63,143 nucleotides of DNA from Salisapilia sapeloensis CBS 127946 (lineage: Eukaryota; Protista; Oomycota), in contig JAADVB010000093.1 of NCBI GenBank assembly GCA_023334545.1, positions 1 to 63,143 of the forward strand. The letters are read 5' to 3'. Position 1 is the stretch's first letter. Every line of letters starts with the position of its first letter. A model generated the notes under the pieces. It worked only from the letters and a program-made list of their open reading frames with translations. It did no database searches and was not told the origin of the DNA. Of this stretch, positions 11,660 to 22,612 are shown in pieces. Position numbers and translations under genes: made by a program.

Positions 11660-13553
11660 ATGCCGAGTGAAGACGAACAAGAGTACGGACGACAACTGAC
11701 GGTCGAAACAGACCCGATGGAGCAGGAGACGATGCCCACAGCTATGCATGCACATGAAGACTTTCGACTGTTGACGTCAGACCAGCTAGCGGCTATCAAG
11801 CCACAGCAGGCGACCACCGCCTCCATCGGCGCGTGGCTCAAGTCGCTTCCAGTCGCATGCGACTCACACGAATGGAACGTCGTGGAGATTCGCATGCGGC
11901 CGGATCGAGCGTGGGAGGTCGTGAAGGACCTTGTCGTCACAGCGTGCATGGGCAAGTCTCTGACGATGCAGGAAGAAAAGGAGAACAGCGTCCTATTGCG
12001 TCGACAGCTCCATCAGGAGACCATGGCAGCGGGCGTCGCGCAGGCCACGACCTACGAGAACGCCTTTGCTCGCATCGGCGTCCTCCCGTCGAAACTCCGT
12101 GTGCTGCACATCGGCTACGTCGTCTCATGCGAGCGGAACGTGCTGGGTGCGGCGGTGCCAAGTCAGGCGCAGCGACTCGCAGCCATGAACCTCGAGACGA
12201 AGAAGGAGGCGGAGTACGGTCTCGACCGACTCTTGGGGTCCATCCAGTCGACTTTATTGAGCCAGCAGCTTACGCTCAGCCAACTGGACGATGCTTGTGC
12301 AGACTCGACCGACTCTGGTACGTTGTAAAGGTAGAGTACGTCTATCACATGCCTCATCTCCTGTCATAGTCGAGACAGCAGAGCTGGATGCAGGGTACAT
12401 CAAGGACGTTCGACGTAAATTTACAAGGTACATGCTCTCTCGACTAGTCGATAGATAGACGCTAATGATCGCACAAGTGAGATGAAGACGAATATGCGAG
12501 AGCTGTCGATTCCTTTGGAAGAGTACGCTTATGAAGAAGAGTTCTCCTGTGCGCTTCTCGTAGGTCTCGTCGAGCCTCTCCTGAAGAAGCACGAGATCGA
12601 CGTGAACGCTCTCTCGACTTCGGACGCCTCGGCGCCCAAGCTCCCGGAGAAACTGGTGCCGAACGCTACTGCAGATGACGCCAAGGACTTGGAGGAGAAG
12701 GCTGCGCCTCCAGCCCACTTGCAGGAGAAGGGCGCATATGCCAAGCGTATCCAGCAGCTCGTCCAGCGTCTGTGGGACCAAGCGCAGACCGAGTGTGAGC
12801 GCAAGGTCCGGGAAAAGGTGGAGGAGAAGCAGCAGCAGGTCCAGTCCCGCGTCTCGACCGTCCAAAAGCTCCGATCTCGAGTCATTCAGGCGATCGTCGA
12901 CTGTCCGAACGCAGACGTCTCTAGCATCAAGCCTCAAGCGCAGGCGAACAATAGGTAGACTGTATCCTCTACTACTTGTGTCTGTACAATGTGCTTATGG
13001 TGAAAGCAGAGACGACGTCCTTCTGTATGAAGCGTCCTGTATGATCAACAAGACACCAGTGAAACTACACGTCACCTATGGGTAGGAACATGGTATGATA
13101 TCAAGACAGGATAGATGCTGATAGAGTATGCTGCAGAGCTATTGTCTACCGATCCATGGTCCCCTTCTTCTCCACCACGACCGTCGTGCCCTTCGACGAC
13201 ATCCAGACCGTCTCACCCTCCATGACACTCGGCCTCCGGACGCTCTACGTCCAGCTCAAGGACAATAGTGGCAGCACCCAGTCCTTTACCATCGCCATGG
13301 GCCTCGAAGTCGACCTTCTCTATCAACTCTTACTCGAGGTATCTCCTTCCCTCCTACATTCCTGTCTAGTATACTTACAGTAAAGTAGATTCTGTCTATG
13401 CACGGCATCGAGCTCGAGCGTCAGGCGTTGGAACGGTCGGAGGAAGAGGCAGCCGAAATCGAGCGACTTGTGGGCGGAGAAGAAGAAGAGAGCAAGCAGG
13501 CGGAAGATGTAGATGCTCCGGCGGTGTCTAGAAACGTAGAGCTGCCCGCCTAG
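11660..13553 (+). CDS. Hypothetical protein with coiled coil and a GRAM/PH-like C-terminal domain; exons 11660-12317, 12370-12427, 12478-12954, 13007-13081, 13137-13338, 13389-13553
   Basis: Five GT-AG introns keep one frame to the TAG at 13553. The C-terminal LLYEASCMINKTPVKLHVTYGAIVYRSMVPFFSTTTVVPFDDI resembles a GRAM beta-sandwich. Confidence 0.7.
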
Positions 13554-13602
13554 ATGAACTTATATTGACGAGGAAGGAATACAAAGCGTCTTTGGATTAT
13601 AC

Positions 13603-13950
13603 TTAGACTTCTCCATCCGACTGGGGTCCGCTGCCAGAGTCTTCCCACGTCAGAGGCGGCGCAGACGGACTTTGCTTCGTGCCACCACGTTCGTTTGCTA
13701 AGAGAGGCTCGTCCATATCGTCCGACATCAAGTCCGTAGACGACACTCGCGCGTAGGTAACTGGATACGACGAGCGAGCGCATAGCGACCGGCAGCACAG
13801 GAGCGACGTGACGAGCAGCAGGAGCATGACGACCATGATCCACACGGCTTCCGTGTGTCCGGCCGTCATGCCGACCTGCCTCCCATGCCCCGCTGCTTGC
13901 TGGAGCTCAAAGGCCGTAAGGATGCTCGCGTCGGCGCCTCCGTGGTACAT
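13603..13950 (-). CDS. Small single-pass membrane protein (about 115 aa)
   Basis: ORF with one hydrophobic helix (AVWIMVVMLLLLVTSLLCC), a tyrosine motif (YARV) and a dileucine motif (DEPLL). Codon usage is gene-like. The start could be 14010. Confidence 0.6.
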   Translation of the reverse strand: MYHGGADASILTAFELQQAAGHGRQVGMTAGHTEAVWIMVVMLLLLVTSLLCCRSLCARSSYPVTYARVSSTDLMSDDMDEPLLANERGGTKQSPSAPPLTWEDSGSGPQSDGEV

Positions 13951-14022
13951 GAGCTTCTGATTCTTCAAGGAAGTAGGTCTGAGACGACGCCATATGCGGA
14001 CTACGGACACGAGTAGCAGATC

Positions 14023-15275
14023 ATGGACAGTGCCATCGCAGGCATCGACATTGGCGCCACGAGTGTCAAAGTGGGGGTTGTAGATGCAGACGGAAAGGTG
14101 CTAGGTCGGAAATATAGTGCATATGATCTCGTCGGAAGGGAACCGGAGGCTATTGTACGGCTCGCGTGCCAAACGCTCCAAGTGGTTCTGGAAGAGGTAG
14201 AAGGTGGTGGAGGATGGTAACTTGGCGTGGACTGACCTTGCTGTTTGTAGCTGCAGATAAAGTTGATCGAGCTGCAAGGTGTTGGCGTCGGATGTCCTGG
14301 TGTCCTTACCTCGGATGGAGTCGTACGGGCTGCTAGTAACTTTACCACGTGGAAGGACGTGCCTCTCCTCCAGCTCTTCCACGCAGAACTTTTGGCCGTC
14401 AAGGTATCTAGACAGCCTTTCGTATCAGCTAGTAGCAATATGCTCAGTCTGCCTATAGGTAGTCCTATGTAATGATGCAGACGCTGCTATCCTCGCCGAG
14501 CATTGGATCGGCAGCGCTCGGAACGACGTTCATACTTTTGTCATGTTGAGTACACTCTCTCCTACCTTCCTACACGTTCACTAGAGACACTGACAGACAT
14601 ATACACCAAGCTCTGGGCACAGGCGTCGGCTCTGGACTGATCGCCAACGGCCAAATTGTCCAAGGAGCTTCGCACAACGTCGAAGGCGGTCATATGGTAC
14701 CTCCCGTATGATCCATGCCACTTGTACGGCAGATAACACTTCTATGAACAATATAGATCGTAGAGAAAAACGGTCGACTATGTGGGTGTAAACAACAAGG
14801 ATGTCTGGAAATGTACAGCTCTGCTTCGGCTGTCGTAACTCAAGCCAAAGAGCGTTTGTCTCAATGTGCATCCGTCTAGCATCTACCAACACCCGACCCA
14901 CCATTGATCCTCTACATAGATCCAACCAGCTCTCTGCGCCAATACGCTTCCACCGATATCAACTCGAAGCTCATCGTCCAGCTCGCTCGTCAAGGCGATT
15001 CCCTATGCCAAAGCGTCTTGGAGGAAGCAGCCGACTACCTAGGTTTTGCCTGTGTCAACTACGCTCGTATCCTCGATCCGCAGCTGATCATCCTCGCAGG
15101 CGGACTAGCAGAGGCTGGAGACATCCTCTTCGACCTCGTCCGCGAGGCCTATCAAAAGTACACTTCTCCACTCATTTCGACTCGTCTGGAGATCGCACCT
15201 GCCTCTGCAGGCTACGAGTCTGGAGTCGTCGGTGCGGCTGCCATGGCAAGACAGCAGATAAAGTCGGAAGAATAA
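14023..15275 (+). CDS. ROK-family sugar kinase (glucokinase/ManNAc-kinase-like), 6 exons
   Basis: Spliced motifs GIDIGAT, GVGCPG, NDADAAILAE, TLGTGVGSG, EGGHM, the Zn motif CGCKQQGCLE and GVVGAA. Five canonical introns keep the frame. Confidence 0.9.
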
Positions 15276-15326
15276 AGAATGGTCCTCAACCTAAATGTAT
15301 TGCTAGAGGTAGACGAGAGTCTATTC

Positions 15327-16888
15327 CTACTCATCGCTCTCCGACCCACTCTCATCGCTCACCATCGGACTCCCGCCCTTGTCCTCCTTACTCTCTTCCT
15401 CACCCTCCTTCAAACCACTCGACTCCTTCGTCTCTTCCTCTGCCGACGCATCCTCTTCTCCAGAAGTCTCCACACGTCGACGCTTCCGGTCCGGCTCCTC
15501 TTCATCCAGAGAAGGGTCGTAGATGCCTCCGTAGTTGAGTAGAACCCCATTCCGACTCTGCAGCTCTGCCTCCGAGTACTCTCGACGATGCACGAGCGCT
15601 CCATGCCGACGCTTTTCGTCTCCGCTGCCCTTGGTCTTCTTGAGCTGGACGCGGTTGTAGATGTCACTGTAGGTGAACTGGTCCGAGTTCGGATCGAGAA
15701 CAAAGATGCAGTGCTGACTGTCCTCCTTGTTCTGAAGCGAGTTGATTGACACGTGGTACTCGCGATAGTATGAGAATTTTTCCTGCGTCGGCTCGCTCTC
15801 TTCCTTCCTCTACACATCATCCATTAGAAACACAATGTACATCTCATCGTCTGCACAGGAAGTACCTCTTCGTCGTTGCTACTGGCGCCAGGCAGCAGGA
15901 GAGAGCCATAGTACGCAGAGTTGGACTGCGACATGGCAGAGACGTCGCAGAGGAGAGCTCGACGCTCCTTGTCCTTCATGCTCTTGGACTTGACGTCGTT
16001 CGACGGAAGCAAGTCGTAAGACAGGATCGAGTAGTGGTTGGCGCCAAGCACCTGGTCTGGAAACACATCCCACACCTTGGTCGCCTTCATGCTCCTCTTG
16101 AACGGGTGCGTCAGCGTCTCCGTCTTCTTGACATCTTCGAACGACGCTTCTGCTCGGTCCTCGAGACTCACACTGACCTCGTCTGCCAGAGCCGTCTCCG
16201 TGCCTTCTCTCAAAGCGCTCTGGATTTCCACCTCACTCTTGAACTTGTGCACCGAGTCGTACAGGTCATTGCCCATGTACTCTGTCCGACGCAGCCACGA
16301 CACGCTCGGACGCACCTTGTTCTTCGCACTAGCCTTGCTCCCGTTCTCCTTGAGGTGCAGCACCTGCTCGTCGCCGATCTCGAGCTTGGGCGGAGCCTCG
16401 GGAGCTTCGTACTTGGCAGGATCGATCAGGTCGATCTGAAGCCCAAGGTCCGGCTCCTCATGCACCTGGAATGTATAGTCTTTTTCCAACGTGTTCGGCT
16501 TGTACTTGACCAAACGATTCGGCTCGTGAGGGTACTGGACGAACTTTGGATCGAACGGAACGTCTGGCAGGTCGTTCCGGAACTCGAGTGTCGCGAGGAA
16601 CTCGGACTTGCTACCTAACAGCGCCCGCCTCTTGTTCTGCGCATGGCTCTCTAAAATCATACGCGTATGGTCTCGACGAGCGCGAAGCTTGTCTTCCTTG
16701 TACTTAGCCACACGCTTGCGCTCGAGCTCGTACTTGGCCTTCTCACTCGCCGACGCATCAGGCCCTGGAGGTTCTCGTCCATGGTGGTGCTTCTCGCCTT
16801 TGCTGTGACTACTCTTGCGCTCCTTTGCACGCCGAGAGGACCTGTCCTCGGGCTTCTTGGGCGCGCTCGCGGCGCTCGCTTGCTCCAT
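15327..16888 (-). CDS. PAF1: RNA polymerase II-associated factor Paf1; join complement(15866..16888,15327..15809)
   Basis: FRNDLPDVPFDPKF, HEEPDLGLQIDLIDP, VSWLRRTEY, HPFK and YREY Paf1 motifs, plus an acidic tail. Confidence 0.92.
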
Positions 16889-17148
16889 CCTCTTCTTATG
16901 GTCGGGAAGGATAGAGGTACATGCAGATAGACAAGTAGATAGACGGTGTGTTAGTAGTAAAAGGAAAGGATCTTGAAGAGATGCTGCTAGGTTACCACTC
17001 TCCACTGACCACGTCTCTCCTTTTTACGTTCTACTCAGTATACGCTACTAGAAAGGGACCTGGAAGAAGGATGGAAGAGATAGCCAAGTCCAAGGTAAGA
17101 CGTTGTCGGACGAGAGAGCGGTTTCAGGATGCGATGTTACTATAAAAG

Positions 17149-18246
17149 ATGGCGGTGAGGTTGCTACGACAGCTCACGGACCACCCGGCCGAGTCGGCTG
17201 TCGTGCTCGTACTCTTGAGCTTTTGTTATGACTTTGCAAGGATACTCGTACTCCAAGCTGCTCTGTCGTGGATCCACAACGCTGTTGAGCGTCGTCCACT
17301 GCCGTTTATCCGACCCAAACACATCCGAGCGACTTTACTTGGTATCGTCGTCGTCGTCGCGTGGACTGATGCATCCATCCTATATATCCTTTGGAGGTAT
17401 CTAATACCATCAGCACTGACGTTACGTGGCCGAATGGCACATATTGTTGGTGTGCCAATCTTTGTGGCAGCTTGTGGTGTTGCTGAAGTCTTGCACACGT
17501 ACCGCCATGCTCCATCTGCAGAAGCCTCGACATTGTCGAACGTGGAGCAGTATTTTCAACCGTTAATAGCCAAGGATAAAGTCGATGCAGACGCTTTACG
17601 AGTCATGGTGATCGACACAATCCATAGACAACCATCCTCTGTATTTGATTCAACTGTCTTTGCAGTCGCAGGACTCGTCAGTGAAGTCGGTCTTGTCCTT
17701 TTTGTCACCTGTGCCTACAGTATCTGTGTCCTTTGTCACGAGCCCAAGCACGGTAGGCATTTCTTCGTACCATCATCTCTTCTCTTTACATAAAATATAG
17801 TAGACGGCGAAGAGCTTCGAGAGGCAGTTCGGAATAACGACAATGAACGAGTCAAGCTAACGCTAGCGAGAGGCGTCAATGTAGACGACGCATCAACAGA
17901 CGGAACTACGGCTCTCCATATCGGTGGTCAGCAAGCTCTTCCGACCATTGTAAAGTTGCTCTTATGTGCCAAGGCGAATCCGAACGTTACGGACCGGATC
18001 GGATTCACACCACTGCATTGGGCGGTGCAAGTCCGACGAGAAGAGGTGTCGGTGTCGAATCGCCTCGACGTCATTCGCCTCTTGCTGGAATATGGCGCAG
18101 ACCCAAAGCTAGGGGACGCGAGGGGCGTGACAGCAGCAGTGATAGCTTCCAAAAAGGAGAATGTTTATTCTTTAGAAGTTTTAAAAGAGGTCGTGGGAGA
18201 CGACCTGGGCATTCCGAACGAGAACCGGCCGCTCGAGTCTTTTTAA
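17149..18246 (+). CDS. Multi-pass membrane protein with C-terminal ankyrin repeats; join(17149..17752,17801..18246)
   Basis: Hydrophobic N-terminal ORF spliced in frame (GTAGGC...ATAG) to ankyrin repeats GTTALH, GFTPLHWAV and GVTAAVIA. Confidence 0.75.
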
Positions 18247-18347
18247 TTCCATCTCTGGACCCCTATCAGCTCCAAAGACACCGGCACAAGCACTACGCTC
18301 CGTCCTGTACGTACACTAGATAGACAAACGTGTAAAAGACGTCTTGC

Positions 18348-20859
18348 CTAGGACCGATTGAAGCCCGTGACGTCCATCTGGATTAACTAGTAGAGCGTTA
18401 GGACGTGCAGAGGTGTAAAGTGTAGAGAATAGAGACACGTACCATGGTGAGTGCATCGTCCACTTCCTTCTTCGTTTCGTACACCGGCAGGTCGAGTCGG
18501 TTGAGACAGGTGCTGGCTCGAGGGAGCATGGCAAAGTTGTGCGGATCGTACTCGAGCAGTCCGATGGTAAACGGCTGGAGCTCTCCGTCCATACCCGTGA
18601 GTGCCTGGAAGCCGCCGACAGGAACGCCACTGGATCCAGTCACGTATTGCAGCAGCCGCGCATGTCCGTCTGGCGTGAAGGTATCCAGGACCTGCCAGAA
18701 CCACTCGACCACCTGCGTCTCCATGTCCACGTCGACATTAAGCATACGGACGCTCGTGTTGGCTCTCCAGTCCGCGAGACTGATCTTGGGCAGACCGGAG
18801 AGCACGAGGTCGAGCTCCTTGTGATCCAGGACGTGGAGCAAGCCTTCCGGAACAACACTCCGGAGGCCTTCCAGCAGACTTCCGAGCTCCGCCCTGACGC
18901 TGTCGAAGAGGTAGTACTGAACGACCTTTTGGACGTAGTCGTGCTTGTTCGTGTCGTCCAGCAGCGTATCTGTTCCGTCTGGCACGAGAGGCGTGCCGTC
19001 GACTGTAAAGTTGAGTCCGAGGGCGTCCGTCCCGTCGTTCTCTAGAATCCAGACAAGACTCGAGTAGATCTGTTCGTCCAGAAGCTTCATGTCCACCAGA
19101 GACACCGGTGCGCCCAGCAGGTGTTTGAGCAGCGGCACCGACAGTCGGACGTTAAGGACGAGTCCCTCCATGATGGCCTTCCCGAGCACCTTGCCGAAGA
19201 AGACGAGCATCTGGAGATGGTTGCGACACTGGCGATAGGCGAGTCGGTTGAGCCAGTAGCCAGGGTGCGCCCCAGAGTCGGCCATGACAAAGACGGCTCG
19301 CTCGGACGAGAAGAGGTCGGTCGTGATGAGGTACAGCCACTCTCGAAGGATGCCTCCGCCGTCCACGCCTGGTTCTTCCATAAAGTCCACACGCAGTCTA
19401 CGTCGGAGGGATGGCGCTGGCGCCGTCAGGAAGAGGTGCTGCGACTGTTTTAGGACGTGCTCTCGATGGACGCCTAGAGGTCAGAGTGAGGATGGAAGCA
19501 GAGTGAAGAGCATGATAGGGGCGTACGGATGGTGTGGTATCCGTCGGCAGGGGTGGTGTTCATCTTGTTCAGAGTGTGTCCGATCCACCGGACCTTGTGC
19601 ATGAAGGGCAGTTGAGACACTCGCTACCATCATATCGTCAGTTGTGTTGAGATAAAGCTGTCTGCGGCACGTACCTGGAGCTCTTTCACGCGAAGGCTTA
19701 TCGTGTACTCTGTCCTAGCCTCTTCTGCTCATCATGCGTTACGGGACTTTTACGCTACAAGGCATATATAAACTACCTGCTGGGATCCACAGGAGAGGCT
19801 TCCCTGGCACAACGTCTCGGACGAAGGCCTTGTGGCTGTCGAACACAATTTCCGTGAGACTGAGGGAAGCGTCCTCCTCTTCCTTCTCACGACGTCGACA
19901 CACTTTCGACTGCACCCAATTCCACAGACCCTGCCGCTCACTCACAGCCACGTCTCGCTCCGACACGATCGTAGCACGCAGCCACTGGTTGCTCTGGACA
20001 CACTCTCGTTCCAGGTGGACCTATAGATATCTAGTTAGTCTTATAGCAACAGTCTTGAACAAAATACAGGACGTACCCATCGGACACCTTGGGACGACAC
20101 GCAGCGCTTCCACTCGTGCCGAAGGAAGGCCACGTTCTGACGCTCATTCCACTCGTCCACCTCGTTCGTCCGTGTCTCTCGCGGCGTCGAAACTACCTGA
20201 TAGTCAAAGTCAGCGTCTTCCACGTCGCCCTTGGACTCTCGAACTCTCGAGCGGCTGCGATCCGGCTTGTGCTCTAGTGACCAAAGCGTCAATCCGATGT
20301 AGCCAGCTCTTCTTTTTTCTATAGTTTGTACGTTTGGTGCCGCAAAGGACGCACACTGTCTCGCTAACGTCGTTCGCATGGTAGCACACGCCGCACTCCC
20401 ATCCAATTGCTCTATATGATGCCACTGGCGTTAGTGTCCCACGCAAGTCACCTAGTACCTCGACATGTACCCTTGGTGGAGCAGTACGCGCAGACGTATT
20501 GTGCGTATCCAGTCCATCCAGGCTTTGTGCAGACCCTTGTACGTGAAGCAGCAGGCGAGGAAGATGAAGATGATGCCAAAGGAGCCGCCGATAGTAATCA
20601 GGATCAAAAAGTCGCTGTTTCCATGGCCGTCCGTTCCTCCGTGCTGGTTCGAGTCCAGGTGCTGCAGCCGTCGGTGATAGAGCGATTCGCCATGAACACC
20701 AGCTGCGCAGGACGCGATACGAAGAATTGTTCGTGCCTGCCGCCGCCAACACATCTCGTCGCAGTCGGAACTTGTCAAGTGCTGTGTGAGACGAGTCTTC
20801 TGATATGATGTTTTGCCAAAAGAGGAACGGATTGACTGCGTTTGACAAGCCTTGTACAA
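18348..20859 (-). CDS. Membrane-anchored HECT E3 ubiquitin ligase with RanBP2-type Zn finger, multi-exon; 5' end uncertain
   Basis: HECT motifs FMEEPGVDGGGILREW, LLQYVTGSSGVP and LPRASTCLNRLDLP (catalytic Cys). The N-terminal exons encode a TM helix (ILITIGGSFGIIFIFLACCF) and WECGVCYHAND...CVLCG. Confidence 0.85.
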
Positions 20860-21282
20860 TCTGAAGCGAAGGGCTACGTTTTCCTCTTTCTTGAGGCATA
20901 TAAAAAGCTGAACGGCTTACTATAGGCACATCTACTCTAAAGACCCGTACGACCGATTCTGGAGGCTATGGAAGTCTACATGTCCAAGATAGGCCAGCAC
21001 CATTTTTATTCCAAACATCCTGACTTTTATCTACAACCGCACAATGGCCCCTCTTTTTGGCAAATGCCTATAAAATGACACAGACTGATTACGAAGCGAG
21101 AAGGCTGGAGAGAGAACGCAGCAGCAACCTTCCGTCGCCTTTTCAACCATGTCGTGTTCCGAAGTGTCCCATCTCTTCTGAACTATGCTGACGTCACTAT
21201 CCGGACCCATCGCCACCAACTTCAAACACGACCAAGATGCTTCCACGCATGTACCGAGGCAAAAGCCAAGCTATATTTCTTC

Positions 21283-22547
21283 CTACAACCTTCCTGCCGT
21301 CCAGAACACAGTAGTCTTAGCTCCAATAGAAGCCAAGAGATGTCGCTGCGGATTCCACTGGACGCCCACCACCGGACCGTCGTGGCCTTGCGGAAGCGTG
21401 TGGACGTGCTCTCCGGTCGAAGTCTTATAAAAGCAAATGCGACCGTCTTCTGAGCCTGTACTGACGTAGCAACTGTCGGGAGAGAAGCTGGCGCCCAGCC
21501 TAGTCTCTCTCTTGGGGTCCGCCACGTGCTCACTCAAGACGTGCAAGAGCACTCCTTCGAACGCATCTAAGAGCAGGAAGACGCCTCGATTCGTACCGAC
21601 CAGCAGCGTCTTGCCGTCCGGACTAAAGTGCAGCGTCATGGCATGCAGAGGCTTCGTCCGGAGATCGGCCGTCTGCATGCGAGCCAGCAGAGGCTCCACG
21701 ACGGTCGTAATGCTCGCGTCGTGCAGGTCGAACTTGGCAAAAGGTCCGTCCTGGTAGTTCCGAGCGTCGTACATGCGGATGAGGCTGTCGTCGAGCGAGA
21801 CGCCAAAAACCATGCCTTCGTCGTCGTATGCGCCGCACATGTACTGGACAGGTGAGTGGTCTGCCTTGAGCACTGCCTACATGTCTTGTCAGCACCTTGA
21901 GAGACGTCTGGTGGGTCGTGTCTATGACCTACCTTGGCTTCGGGCGACTGGAGGTCCCATATGCGTACAGATCCATCGAGAGAAGCGGACATGAACTCGT
22001 CGGCCGTCGGGTGCATCATGAGCGACGTGACGCTGTCTCGAGGTTAGATCCGACAGATATACATCTCGTAAATAAGAATCATCGTACGTGGCTGTGTGTC
22101 CGGAAAAGTATCGTAGGAACTGGTTGTCGTAGAAGGAGTGGTAGCGAATACGATCTAGAGCAGTATGAGGTGCATGTAGGTCGCATCTATTCTGTCGAAA
22201 CGTACGGTCGTTGGTGGCGTCGGAGAAGAGGACGCAGTCTGGGTGGTGCGTAAATGTCAGCAGGTCCACGCCATACCTCTTGGAGAAGATGGTCTTGACG
22301 ACTCTACCTCATCGTGAGCTCCTACCTCGTCTAGAATCCAATCATAGTCCTACCGTCCGCTCAGACAATTGATGAGCGTCAGGACGCCGTCGCTACGTGT
22401 GGTGGCGCATACTTGTCCTTGCTTGTGAAAGTCAATGTCTCGCATGTAGCCCGCCGCCCTCTCCTCTTCATCCGGCGGCGCAAAGCTCCTTCCGACGCCA
22501 TATCGTCGCAGCAGGTCGTCCGTGAGCGCTTGTCCGCGTGTGGTCAT
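21283..22547 (-). CDS. WDR82: WD repeat protein 82 / Swd2, multi-exon
   Basis: FTHH, IRYHSFYDNQFLRYFSGH, FMSASLDGSVRIWDL, YDARNYQDGPF and ASFSPDSCYVSTGSEDG are Swd2/WDR82 signatures. Confidence 0.9.
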
Positions 22548-22612
22548 CTGGGCTATGGCATTGTGTAGAAACTGGATCCGCCGGGTGTCTCCGAGGCACA
22601 AGACGTGGCAGC

